A stretch of DNA of 64,000 bases, from assembly GCA_026026165.1 (NCBI GenBank), contig JAPEUD010000003.1, positions 558,001 to 622,000 on the forward strand, read 5' to 3'. The stretch is from Sarea resinae (lineage: Eukaryota). Below are positions 12,873-27,087 of the stretch, piece after piece; the stretch's first letter is position 1, and every line of letters begins with the position of its first letter. The notes beneath the pieces are model-generated. The model had not been told where the DNA came from and did not search any database. It worked only from the letters and a program-made list of their open reading frames with translations. The position numbers were made by a program, and so were the translations under genes.

Positions 12873-14075
12873 CAGGGAGTCTCCCCCCACCCAAAAAAAA
12901 GAACCGACGAATTCTGGCGTTTTTCTCATGGCGTTTACTTGTTTTTTCCTTCTCTTACTCTCTCCTACCCGTGCTGTGCTTCATCTGTTCTGTTCTTTAC
13001 CGTACCATACAGGGCCGTCATCTATCCATCCGTCACTCTTCCTTTCTCTTTCATATCAACAAAGAAGAAGAAGAAGAAGGAGAAGAAAAATAGTAGGTAG
13101 TGTCCGAAATGCAACCAACTTGCTATCCCCTGTTGTGTTCTCCTTGCTCTTAGTTTCTCCTATTAGGATTAGGATTAGGATTAGGATTAGGGAGTAGGGA
13201 GTAGGGATTAGAGATCAGGGAGTTGATTCCGTGCGTGAATGTGCTGTGCTGTGCTGTGCTGTGCCGAGCTACTACGCTATACACTCTAACTGTACTCTAC
13301 ACTCTACACTCTACTCTACTTCTCTACACTCTACTCTACACTCTACTCTACTCTACTCTACTATCCTCTACACTCTACTCTACACTACTATCCTCCTATA
13401 TAAAAAACCTAAACCACTATACAATAAGATATAAACATGCCTATTACAAGTAAAAAGGTAAGTAGGTAAGCTTATAAGTAAGCTTCTTCTAGTACTCTAG
13501 TAACTCTACAGAGTCCTCTACAGAGTCCTCTACAGAGTAGGAGAGTGCTATACCCTTACCCTTAGAATTAGTAGACCTACGTTTAGTTCTATTCTATTAT
13601 GTTCTGTTTAGTTTTGTTTTTTTTTATTTTTTTTTATTTTAGAGTGTATACACCTACTTACTTACTTTGTAGTAGGAAGAAGAATATACAACTATAATTG
13701 CTGCTGCTGCTGCTGCTGCTACTACTGCTGCTGCTGCTACTACTACTACTACTCTGCTTACCTACTCCTAGAACCTAACTTATCTTATTTTGTCTTATCT
13801 TATCGTGTCTGGTTGTAATTATGCTTCCTTTACTCCAGGGTATACCTTAATTTGCTGGCTTACTCTATAGCTCTTCTTTTCTTAGAAAAGACTAAGGCCA
13901 AGAAAAAGACCAAGAAAAAGAAAAAGAAAAAGGAGGAGATCAAAGGAGGAAGGTAAAAGGAGGAAGGTCAAGATAGGTATTCACTAGCTAGCATGCATAG
14001 AATGTCTATTCTACTTATGCTATTCTACACCGCCCCGTGCCCGTACCCGTGCCCGTGCCCGTGCCCGTGTACAAA
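12840..14075. repeat. Microsatellite mosaic with an AT/TpA-rich core
   Basis: (GA)n 12841-12872, (AAG)n, (TTAGGA)n 13162-13190, (TGTGC)n, (CTCTA/CTACA)n 13290-13400, CTCTACAGAGT(C/A) x3 at 13504-13539, (GCT/ACT)n 13699-13756 and (CCCGTG)n 14033-14070. Confidence 0.9.
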
Positions 14076-14354
14076 AAAAAGGCCCAGGAAGACACCAACG
14101 AGAGAAGAGAATAGAAATAGAATATAATGGTATTTACAAACAAGGGTAGCGTCAACTGTGTGTGGTGCCCTCCGTCCGTCCGTCTGTCCGTAGGATCCCC
14201 ATCTCGAACGAACGCTATCATGATCGCCTTTTGGCTATCGCTTTTGCTGTTTCCCTCTTTCCCTGCCCGATGCTGGCTGTCTGGCTGCCTAGCTGGCTGC
14301 CTGATGCTGACAGGCTGACTGCTCGCCTCTGTATTACAAAAAAACACGACTCAT

Positions 14355-17300
14355 CTACCTCAACGTCTGCTCGATGCGGACCCTTAGCGTCTGGCACAGT
14401 TCCACGGCCTCGGCATCCTCGCCGCCACCGCCACGAGCAAGAACTTGCTGCACGGCCGCCAACGTCTGCGCGACGCCGACCGCGACGGCATCGCCGCCGA
14501 AAAGGCGGCCCCCGCCCGCCCCTCCGATCCCACCCGCCCCTGTCCCTGCACCTCCTCCTCCCCCGCCACCACCACCTCGCGCGCTGCTCTGATACCAGCG
14601 CTGAACGAGATAGAGCACGTCGGCGGCGATGATGCGCCGGTTGCGGCCCTGGAACGGCGCCTCGTCGTTGTAGAACAGGGCCTCGAGCACGGCCAGGAGC
14701 GGCTCGAAGGGCACGTGCAGGTCGAGGAAGGTGTCGAGGACCCAGGTGGCGGGGCCGACGTTGCGTTGGTATTCGAGCGCGTACCGCTCGAGCATCGGCA
14801 CCAGGGTTGCTGTGGTACTGGTTAGTGTGCTTTCTCCGTTATTCTGCATGGCGCTGGAGGAGAAGAGAAGAGAGGAGAGGGATGAGAGGAGAGGAGAGAA
14901 GAGAAAAAGGACTTACATAATGGAAAGGTGCTCTCGGAAAGATTGAGGCGGCCCCCGAGACTGCGGACTTGTTCGGCCACTGCCTCGTACGGCTGCGGCT
15001 CTCCGCGCTCGACAGTCTCCGCGTGGGTTTGTTCCAGGAGGCTCTGCCACGTGGCGCTGATATCGGCTGGATTGCGGTGGTCGGCGCCCTGGAAGATGAG
15101 AAGGCATAGGTCAAAGTAGCTTCCTGGGTCCGCGTATTTGTTGTAGAGCTGTAATCACGGAACATCAGCAATTAGAAAAACATAAAAGGGAGATGATGTA
15201 CTTCTGTAAGACTTAAGATCGGGCCGTCGAGCTCTTTCACCACTTGAGGTTTCCGTTCCGGCGAGATGCGAGAATCGGCTTTGAGCCGGTGCAACAGATC
15301 GTCTTGAATGTTGGCCACATCGAGCAGATCCGAGACCTCGTGCAGCATGACCTGCCGCGATTGTCTCGCAACGCCAGGCGAGTAAGTCGAGGCATTCGCT
15401 TTGGCCCTGCTGAGATATTCGATCCTTGCTTCCAACGGAAGGGCGAATCCGCTTTTCGCCAGCTGAAGCTGTACGGCAGCAGCTTCGTAGAGTCGATCGG
15501 TCCGAGCGTAGTACTTCCAGAGCAGGTCAGCATGCGCGAAGTCGTCGGCCGACTTCCGTTGGAGATATGTGATGATATAAGGTGATCGGACTTCCAGGAG
15601 CCGTTCGCTCCATCCTTGGGACAGATACCAATCGTAGAGATCCGTCTGGAAGACTTCATCGTCGGAGTTGTCAATAACGTTATAAGCCTCGTTCCTTCTT
15701 TTCGCAGTCGACGTATACAGTCCGTCTATCTTTTCTGGCTCTCGACTAGAGACATCATCTACAACAGATATGACCTGGTGGATCATATCATAACATCTCT
15801 TCCGTGTTTCGAACAACGCCTTTCGGGGGTCCTATCTAGAGTCAACTTGATGTACCTTTTTTGAGTCATGGGACGGACCTGTTCAGGGCGGCCGTCAGCT
15901 ATCCAAGTCAATGCCCTATTACCCCGATCGGATTCTTTCGCAACGTTCAGCGCGAGTTGAATGGCGCCTGGACTTGTTAGCAGAGCTTCTACATGAGGGG
16001 TATATCCACCCTACCCGCATAAAACGCCATTGCAGCAAATTGCTGGACGGCTCCATGTAAGTGTTCCATTGAAAGACTTGCTGCCACCTGTTGAAAGAGT
16101 CTCAAGCTTTCATTGAGGAGATTGCGGCCAAACTCAGATGTGCTCCCAGCCTCCGAAGCCTTCTTAAGCTGTTCCTGGGCTTTGAAGATGACAACATCGT
16201 CAGCACTGCAGAAGCTCCCACATCGTCTTCGTAATGCTTCAGCAATAGTGTCAACGTTTGAGCCGTTGGCAATATTACGATTGACAATTGCTTTGACAAG
16301 TTCCTTGGCGAGATCCTTGCCTGCGCTTGTGCAGAACAAGCCCTCATAATTCATCTGTCGGACTTGCTGTCTGATAGTGTCCGGCAGGGAGAGTACGATT
16401 TCGTCCACTCGCTCGTCGAAGAGGACGAGCACGAAAGATATCCCTTCAATAATATCAGAGATTAGTAGGACGAGAGAATGGAGTGCCCGGTGTTCCGCCT
16501 GGAGGGCAACCTCGTCTTGCTTCGTCCTTGCTTGTCCGAGCGCTTCAGGGCCAGCCAACCCATCGATAAAACTTTTATTTGCGTTCAAGAATTCTTGCAA
16601 TTTGGTGAGTTCGCGTTGAATGTCTTGAATCTTCGACAGCTTCACAGTTGGCGCAACAGCTAGACCACCCAAAGGTGTGACACTCTCTTGGATGATCGGA
16701 GCTTTCCAGATTGAGCGTACAAGGCGGGAGATGTACAGAGACAGCCCCTCGTGTCTGGGAGATGGTCGCACGTTATCCACGGCCGGAATGGTCTGATCAA
16801 CGACAGAGTTCTCGTTCAAGATTGGCTTGCCACCAAACTCGATGAAGGCTTTTCGGGCATACTCCAGGACTTCTGGATCCGTAATCCTTGCGACTCGAGA
16901 ATCAGAGGCTACGTCCGATCCTTGTCCACAAGCAACCGCTAAAGCGGTAGCGAGAGTCTCGCCCCGCCCATACAATCGGATGAATTTCTTAATCTCCCCC
17001 TCCAGACCTTCATCGCCTCCTCCGTACCGGATTGCAGCAGCAAAGATGTCCACCAATCGTCTTCTTCGGATGGTATGTACACCGGTGTTTGTGAGAATGA
17101 CGATCTCGGGAACGGGCTTATCGTACTGAACAGCTAGCTCATTACCAAAGCCCGTTGGAGTAGAAGCAGCATAGAATGCAGGCGATGCGAGACCGACATC
17201 TTCGGCACGACTACCAAGTGATAGCCAGGTCCCGAATTCGGAGTACCGTGTCAGCTGCGAGGAGTCTTGTGGCCTTGCTATTCGTCCAGAATCTGGGGAC

Positions 17301-18841
17301 GACAGAAACAGCGTATCGGTCGCCGCCTGTGGGTCTTTGGGTACGAAACAGAGGAAATAGCCAGGCGAAAATCTAAAGGCTGATCGAGTGGGTTTGAGAG
17401 ACTTGGACTGAAGATTGACCGAGGGGCTGCCTGAGTAGCCCATCAATTGATTCGATGGTGCTTGTTGCGGCTGCCCAGATCCAGGAAGTTCGGGGGGAGG
17501 AAATTTGACATGCTGAACCTGCATGCTGGTTGGCGCGCTGGTGTTGTCGCCCAGAGACCAGCCATAGGAGGCAGTGGCACTGAGAAACAAGCGACAGCCG
17601 GTCGAGGTGGTGGCCATAAGGTGCAATTTCGACGCCTCTTGAGCAGGAATTGGGCTGATAGAGACGATACTTGTGCCCGGTATCAGAAGATCGGATCTTG
17701 ATATCATATGTGCCACATTTCCAAAAATTCCGGAGAGCGTCCTAGTAATTACAAGGTCTAGAGTGTTGTTTGCTTTTATGTGGAATGTTCTAATCGTCGA
17801 TCGTGAGGAGAGGGTGTAGAGTAGGTTCCTGGTATCGTCGACAACCATCTGGACGACATGCTCTTGCGGTGCCTTCTGACCGAAAGAGCTGAAAGAGAAC
17901 GTGGGCGCAAGGACCGTGAATCCTTTGGTGGTGTGATTGATCTTGCCGCAGCGGTTTTGGAACCATCTTTCCTCTTGCTGATATGTAAGCTCGTATACAT
18001 CGTTGTCCGCTTTCCCCGAGAAGAAGATCCTTCCGGTCTTGGCTGAGCCCGCAATGACGTTGACATCCATGCCCTTGTTTGAGATCTGCATCCGTGTCTG
18101 ATAGAGTGAGACGACCTTATCGCCTGCTGAGCCTGCCTGGCAGGACAGTCCAACTAAGAACATATCCGACGTCGTTGCGACGACCAACAGATGGGTGATG
18201 GCCGCGACAAAGACTCCAGCCCGCGGTACAACCAGTTTCACGGCAGTGATGGTATTGGGCTGATCTTCAAACCCAATCAATTCTGGACTTGGATGGGTAT
18301 AATCCCAAAGATAAAGAGCGTTGTCGATAGATATCCAGGCATGATTGAGTTCCGCGAACAACCCCATCATGGTTGAGACTTGCGCCTTGTTGTACTGCTC
18401 GAAAATCTTATCGGGAATGTCGTACATGTTCACCTTCTGGAAAGGCGCCCAGGCCGACGACGCAGGGAGATCATAGTCGGACGAGATACCCTCTACTGCG
18501 CATTAGCATCTCGTTAAGGTCGAGGGGTCATTGCACTTACGGCCAACATAGCTGTCAAGCTCGGGGTACCTCATCTCCTGCGTCAAAGTCTCGTTGATGG
18601 TGCGCGCTGCCCGCTCGACGGGCTTCATCTCTTTGGAGAGATTTTGTGTCAGAGCCCCCGCTGAGGACTGCGCTGGTGCGGAGACCGTGCCCGCTGGTAC
18701 ATCATTTCGGAGAGAGGTGGACGAGTTTGAGCGCAAGGCCGGTGGTTGCAAGGCTGGGCCTGACTGATATCTCGAGACGGCCGGCGTAGCGAGAAAAGCA
18801 CCAGGGAGAGGTCTTTGAGGAGTCTGCATCGTGAAGGACAT
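14355..18841 (-). CDS. NUP170: Non-repetitive nucleoporin Nup170/Nup155
   Basis: Six exons (first introns 18540-18493 and 16014-15968). Motifs MGLFAELNHAWISIDNALYLWDY, IFFSG..VYELTYQQEERWF, SPRHEGL.LYISRL, LRRRCGSFCSADDV, RIEYLSRA and LYNKYADP. Confidence 0.95.
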
Positions 18842-19432
18842 GGTTTGACATTAACATCCGGCAAGCGGATGGCGAAGATTGGAACCCGGCAAGGAGATGT
18901 TGCCCTCAATGGGGGCCGGGCTCGATTCTATAACACCCAAGATGCAGCGCCGTAGTAGCTAGCCTGAAAGATTGACAAAGTTCGTTACTCCAGAAATCAG
19001 GCAAAGGATGCTCTCGAGGTGTCGTTGTTCCGCAGACGCGTCCAGATGAGCCCAGCTATTGCGAATGGGAGGAATGCTGAGTCTCGAGGGCGTTGTGGAT
19101 GGTGTTGAGGAAAACAGACGGACGGTGATTCTGAAGTTCCACATGTACTTGGACTTCCAGACGGAGCGCGTTCAGACGGTGTTGTATCTCCATTTGCTGC
19201 AATGCCCCAATCCAGCCAATTTAGCGAGGTGTTCCTGGAGCTACCCATGTCCTTATTATTCCTTCCATTCTCGACCGTCCCTGCCGTGAGTTGGTCGGAA
19301 TCTTCAATAATTCCAATCAACTGCATTTGTCCATTACTGAGCCTGCGCCCTGCCCTGCCTGCATTCTATCACACATCTACGGCGCAAGCCCATACTCTCC
19401 ACATACACGAACAGCCTCTACAGCCCGCAATC

Positions 19433-19984
19433 ATGAGCTCTCGTCCTCTCCTCCGCATCTCCCGGCCGTGCCTGCGCTGCTGCTATGCGACAGCCCCAAC
19501 ATCCGCCCCAGCACCGCCCTTGCTTCTCAAGCTCCGAAACGACATGAAGACCGCCATGAGAGCGAAGGATACGAATCGCCTCAATGTACTCCGTGGCTTG
19601 CTGGCCGAGACGACCAATGCGGCTAAGACCTCGACGCCGTTCAAGACCGATGTCCAGCTCCTTGCCCTCCTGCGCAAGCGAGCTGCTGCTTCGAAAGCGG
19701 CCGCTCTGGAGTTCCAGGCCGCCAAGAGAGACGATCTCAAGGAGAAAGAGGATGCACAGGTCGCTGTGCTGGAAGAGTATGCTGGGGGTGTGGAGACCAT
19801 GGGTGTGGAAGACATCAAGAAGTCCGTGGCGGAGGTGATGGAGAAGGTCAAGGTCGAGGGTGCTAGGATGGACATGGGGGGAGTCTTGAAGAGGCTTGTC
19901 GGTCCTGGAGGCTCGCTGGAAGGGAAGCCTGTCGAACGGGCGGAGGTTGCACGGATCGTGAAAGAGGCAGTTGCCAGTGCATAG
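19433..19984 (+). CDS. AIM41: GatB/YqeY-domain protein (AIM41-like, probably mitochondrial)
   Basis: Single exon with an Arg/Ser-rich presequence-like N-terminus, then LLLKLRNDMKTAMRAKD..RLNVLRGLLAE and AKRDDLKEKEDAQVAVLEEY, typical of YqeY. Confidence 0.85.
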   Translation: MSSRPLLRISRPCLRCCYATAPTSAPAPPLLLKLRNDMKTAMRAKDTNRLNVLRGLLAETTNAAKTSTPFKTDVQLLALLRKRAAASKAAALEFQAAKRDDLKEKEDAQVAVLEEYAGGVETMGVEDIKKSVAEVMEKVKVEGARMDMGGVLKRLVGPGGSLEGKPVERAEVARIVKEAVASA

Positions 19985-20329
19985 AGTTACGGGGCAGGAC
20001 CAATCAATAGCGGAACATTGCACTCTCTGGATATTGCCAACGTTATGGATTACTTATTACTCTACTCTATCGTGCCGCGCCATATCCAAAAGGCGCGGAG
20101 CAACCAATCTAAAAGGTTCAAAACGCCTCTTTACCCCGCCCATTCCGTCCTTCCCTATACCCTCTATACCGTCTAGATACCCGATAGGAAAGCTCGACGC
20201 CAGCGAAGGCGGTAAAAGTTCATCTCTACCGAATAGAACCGCCATTCGGTCTAGATCCCATAAGAAAAATGACTATGGTGAAAAGAAAAGGTATCGTCAG
20301 TCCAACAAAGAAAAGATTCGGCGCCGTCT

Positions 20330-21414
20330 TCAAACAGTCAGATCAAACGATCCAAAGACCATGGCTTTACCAGAGTGATTTTCCTCTTTCTGGACAGCGT
20401 GCTCGATCTTGAGAAGTAGATGAGTGGTACGGATGCGTAGTTCTGCAGAATCATCAGCGCCTTGTTCAAAGTGGTTCACATGTTTTGAAACCTTACCTTC
20501 GTATTCAACGTTATAGCTAACCGGAAGATCCTCGTCCTTGCGCCTCAAGATGGGAGCGACGTCTTGAGTCTTATTCTCGGTCACACGGAATTTGATGCCG
20601 ACATTCTTCGCACTGTCGACAAACAACATCCTCTCCTGTCCTCGCCGATCGCATTGTCCTTGGGCTGAGGTGGATGGCAGCTGACTGTCCTCCATCGACG
20701 GTTTCAGTGCTGCTTGCTTGCCCAACCAATTTCGCCAGACACGAATGACACCTTCAGCCACTTCAACGAAGCTTAGAAAAACACCATGACGAGGCCCATG
20801 CCTGATGAGCATCGTCTTCGCGCAGAGCTGGGAGAAATACTCGTCGCCATCAAGGTCAATGGTCTGGGATACGATATCACTCTTGGGCTCTTCGCGGAAG
20901 GAAGGAAAGGTGGTGCTTGTATTGGGGTGGCCGGGCACATCTCCAGCCGGATGGCGTCTCCTTATTTTGTGACCCGCATCGGGCCTTGGGCGGAAACGAG
21001 AGTACACGCCATTTAGCTTTCCCAACGCCCCTGCGTTGCGAAGCTCCGGGTAGACGTCCTCGCCGGGCGCAATTTCGGAGGTGAGACCTTCGGTGCCCAT
21101 GTATTCACAGGGTAAAGACGGCTCCGTGAGTCTTCGAGTTGGATGGAAGCATTCGAGCAGGAGACTATGGTCTTGCAGGGTCGAGGCGAGGATGAGGCGG
21201 TGATGTAGAATTCTTAGGACAAGGTCATAGAAGCGATGAGAGACGGCGGCGAGAGGCAGCAGCGTGCGAGTGGGAAAGGAGGCCAGGATTTGGAGGAGAA
21301 GCTAACACGATCAATTAGATTGGCCGTTGAGAGATGGGTTTCGAGTCGTCGACAACATACCTCATTCGGGAGAATGTCTAAGCTGACGGCGCTGTGGGGG
21401 AAGGTGAAAGCCAT
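20330..21414 (-). CDS. F-box domain protein
   Basis: Exons 21414-21361, 21301-20497, 20442-20330. N-terminal SLDILPNELLLQILASFPTRTLLPLAAVSHRFYDLV is an F-box consensus; C-terminus ...SGKAMVFGSF. Confidence 0.88.
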
Positions 21415-22882
21415 GATGATGATGGTGAAGATGGTGATGATGGTGATGACGGCGAGACAAACAATCACTCTCTGTAGCAGATGGGATGGAAATCAAGGGG
21501 TCAAGGGACCGGATGTCAACAAAATCAATGGAAGCTGTCAAAGGAGAGGTGGACGGGGGCTGGAGATGAATGGATATTTATTATTACTCTAGAGTAGTGC
21601 TCGGGGTCAAAGAGATCAGATCAGATCAGTTCAGTCAGGAAGTCAAGGACTGGTCGTAGTCAGTTAGATACAAGCCAGATCGGTTGCAAGTCAATCACCA
21701 GAAGAATAGGAGCCAGCCGACCGCGCCCGAAGGCCAATCAACATGACATGGAGGTAGCGGATACTTGACGACGCAGGCGACGACGGGTGCGGCAGGCCTG
21801 TACCTGTGGCGGCGAGGGTACCTGTGAGGCGTGTTGAGAGCCGACGAGCACGAGCGAAGACCGACTCATGCCCGGATCGACATGGACCAGAGGCTGAGGT
21901 TCTGTGCAGGTTGCCAGCCGCATCGATAAGCGGGACGATATCGGGACCCAGCAACGAGTCCCGGCTACTTGCTCGCAAGGGCAGTCTGACGTGCCGTGGC
22001 TGGTCACTGGCACCTCCGAGGCCTTTTCGCATGTTCAGTTTATCCGACGCCTCCCTTGCTGCGTGATGGATCCAGGATCCATCCCGTCCTCAGATCATGG
22101 AAATACGAAAAACGAAAAATAAAAGACGAAAGATCAAAGACGGAGCAGCCCCATATCCACAATAAAGATATCCACCAATATCGAGTGCCGTCGATGCCAT
22201 CACTCTCCTACATTGCCCGATCTGGCTCTCCTTGTGCCTCACAATGCTACAGCTGGACCTCTTCTGGACTTCTGTAGGAGTAAGAAGTTGTACGAGTACC
22301 TATGCAATCCCTTTTGCTTCTGGCCTGATTCGTGCCAAGTAGTTTGTACAATGCGCCTTAGCCACAGGGCGTGGGATGACTTTCGACAGGCGGAACGGCG
22401 GAACGGCGATCGATGGGATGATCGTCAAGCCATTGTTCCGATGCCTGTCCACCGCTGTTTCCGTACCTTTTTCTGCGTGTCGTGCCTCTTCGGGTAGCGC
22501 TCTCGTCGTCGCTGCCACTATCCCCCTTTCCCGCTACGGCAGCCTCGAGACCCAAGAGGACGGGAGGAACACGAGAGCGGGAGAGCGAGAGCGTGGATCG
22601 TGTTGCAGCCCTCCCGCTCCAGCTCTGTTATTAATACGATGTACGGTCGCGCACGACCTCCATCTGCGTCGAACGACCGAGTGACGATGGAGGTGGGATG
22701 GTGGGGACTCCATGGAGGGGGAAACCGTGAGGGAATTGAGGGAATTGAAGCGATGATGTTGTGCGTGTGATGTGATAAAAGCCTGTTCACCTCACATACT
22801 ACAGCGTAGCTATCCGGGGAAGGGTCCTGATACCATAAAACAATCAAACACGGAGACAATCACTCGAGACTTCTTTGGGTGA

Positions 22883-24525
<1,643 letters not shown>

Positions 24526-24699
24526 ATATAGTCGGAGTGGGTGAGAGTTGGATAGAGTAGATTAAGGGGACATAGGGTAGAAGGCAGAGGAGAGTAAGGT
24601 TTCCTGTAGATATGGTGGATTCATGGACCGGCCTGGATGCTCCTGGGCTGGGTTGGACTGGATGCTGGGCTGCGTCGCGATGCGTCGCGCTTGAATGCC

Positions 24700-25171
24700 G
24701 CTCTTCTAGTGCATGTGCATGTGCATGTGCATATATGATTTTCGATATGGATTGGATATCTCGCGAGCTACCTACCTACCTACCTACCTTGGGGGTTCGA
24801 GAGGAATCATGAATATACGTATACGCGTCTGATGATAAAAATATAGCCATGGATATAGAAACATCTTTTCTATCTACCTAGGTATTCTTATTGTCCATAA
24901 TTCTCTAAGGTATGTTGCTGCCCGTACCCTAGTACCCCTAGTATCGCAGTACACAGCCTGCCTATCTGCCTATCTGCCTATCTGCCTACCTGTCTGCTGT
25001 ATACATAGATACACCCCGAGAGCCCAAGGATCGGAAACAAGTTATATAGAAGTAAAAGTGAAAATGAAAATGAAAGAATCGAGTGCAAGTAAAACAGAAA
25101 GCCTGTTATTCAAGCAAAGTTTTGTGTTTCTTTCTTGAATCTCCTATAGATTATATATATAGAGAGAGAGG

Positions 25172-25242
<71 letters not shown>

Positions 25243-25460
25243 AGGTAGTTTAATAACAAATTGTAGGATAACACTATAATGTAGGTGATATAGCTATTAT
25301 AGCTTCCTAGGTGATTAGTTTAGTAAGGGATAGTTTAGGTAGGTGGTGTTAGCTGTTACTGTTAGTATTATTAGATGCTATAGTTAGATATAGGTGAGAA
25401 AAGCTAGAGTTATAGATAGATAGATCGATAGATATATAGATAGATAGATAGATGTACAGA
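24700..25460. repeat. Microsatellite mosaic including a long (GA)n run
   Basis: (GTGCAT)n, (CTAC)n 24767-24789, (CTATCTGC)n, (GA)n about 25175-25237 and (GATA)n about 25413-25453. Confidence 0.9.
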
Positions 25461-25798
25461 TATAATGACCTCTCCTACACAGGGCAGGGCAGGGCCTATT
25501 CCTCTATAGAGGGAGGTATTAAGAGCTTGATAATCGACCTATAGTCAGATCACATATAAACCCCTTCCCCTTCCACCCCCCGCCCCCCCGTTCTCCCCTT
25601 TTTTTCTCTTCCCTAGAATAGAACACAACAGAATACTACCTCGTATAATGTCCGGCTGCGGGGATTTACGGCCCAGGTGCATCTTTTTTTGTTTTCTGGC
25701 GTTCGTGGGCCTGAGGGATTAGGGCTTAGGGCTGGATTATCTGGATGATCGGGATGATCGGGACTATGTACGCCGAGGTTGGGCTGCTGCTTCTTCTC

Positions 25799-27087
25799 CT
25801 AAGCGTCTTTCTTCGCGCTCTCCCTGGTGTTTTTGCCGCTGCTGCTCTCGGGAAAGGGAAACTTTGCCGCCGCTGATGATGACGACGACGACGACGATGG
25901 CGATGATGACGAGGTCAATGTCGAGGATCCCGCGCGAGCGGAGACACTGTCTAGAAGGCGCCGCAGCATGTCGGTTGCCATGAATACGGCTGGGTAGGGG
26001 GCGGGCCGGGGGCATGGGGGTTAGCTTGGGTTTGAGTGGTGGAGGGGTGGGGTGGGGCCCGGGGCGGGGGCGTAGTAGGACCGCTGGGGGGTAAGGAGGG
26101 GAGGGGAGGAAGAGGGAGCATGTAATAGTGACGGAGGATATAACTTACACAGGCCGAGATAGGGCACGTATAACCATCCCAACACGGCCTTTTGCTCGGC
26201 CGTGATCGTGCTCCACGAGAGGTATTCCGCTGCGCGTATTCCGTGTTAGTCAGTCCTGCGTCGATCATCGAGACAAGGCTTTTTGCCCGACCGTCCAGCT
26301 TGACCGGCTTGAAGAGGGGTCCAGGCGGGGGTAGGACGTACCGATGCATGTTAGGGTCGTCACGGCGGTCTGGATCGCAAAGGGGAGGAGAATCACGGGT
26401 GTGATGGGGTCGTCTGGGGGTGGTGCATATGTTAGTGGTGATGATGTAGGAGGGAGACGAGATGTGAAAGGTGGTAGTAAAGGGTGGTGGTGTAGATCTA
26501 GGTTCTGTTCTTAAAGGGAAACACTGCAAGGAAATGGGAAAAAGGTGACGGGCAACGAGGAGGCAGGAAAATAAGTGTTTGGGCGGGTAGATGTGTTTGA
26601 GGAGCACTAAGGTATGTTGATTCGCATGAGACCCTTATATCAGGGCAGACTGTTTGTTGGTCGCTTTGCTGTTTGGAATCTACAAAGCACAAACTCGCTG
26701 CTCCTGCTCTAGCTTCCGCCTTCCCATCCCACAACCTAGCTCTACTGATATAAACGCCCAGTCGCAACAGTCACTCCCCAAAGAAAGAGAAACGAACTCA
26801 CCTCTCCATAAACCGCCTACCGCCCACGCACTCACGGGCAGATGGAACACGGCCTCCAACCACAGGTAAACCCTGAACCAAGCGGGCGGGCTGACGAAGA
26901 ATTGGTCGTGGTACGTATTGATGTAATAGTCACGGATCGTAGTCAAAAAAGCCGGTTTGAGGCATGAGGGGTAGAGCGGGGTGAGGTCGACGGCGAGCAT
27001 GATGGGGATGTGGGTCAGGAAGAAGATGAAGTAGAGGATGTCGAGTTTGCGGCCAAGGAGGGATGTGGGTGCTGGGGAAGCCATCAT
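25799..27087 (-). CDS. EXPERA/TMEM97 (DUF2781)-like four-TM membrane protein
   Basis: Exons 27087-26801, 26413-26342, 26229-26149, 25989-25799. RKLDILYFIFFLTHIPIMLAVDLTPLYP..YYINTYHDQFF..WF..E..FHLP, then FAIQTAVTTLTCI and LYVPYL; Ser-rich tail. Confidence 0.87.
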
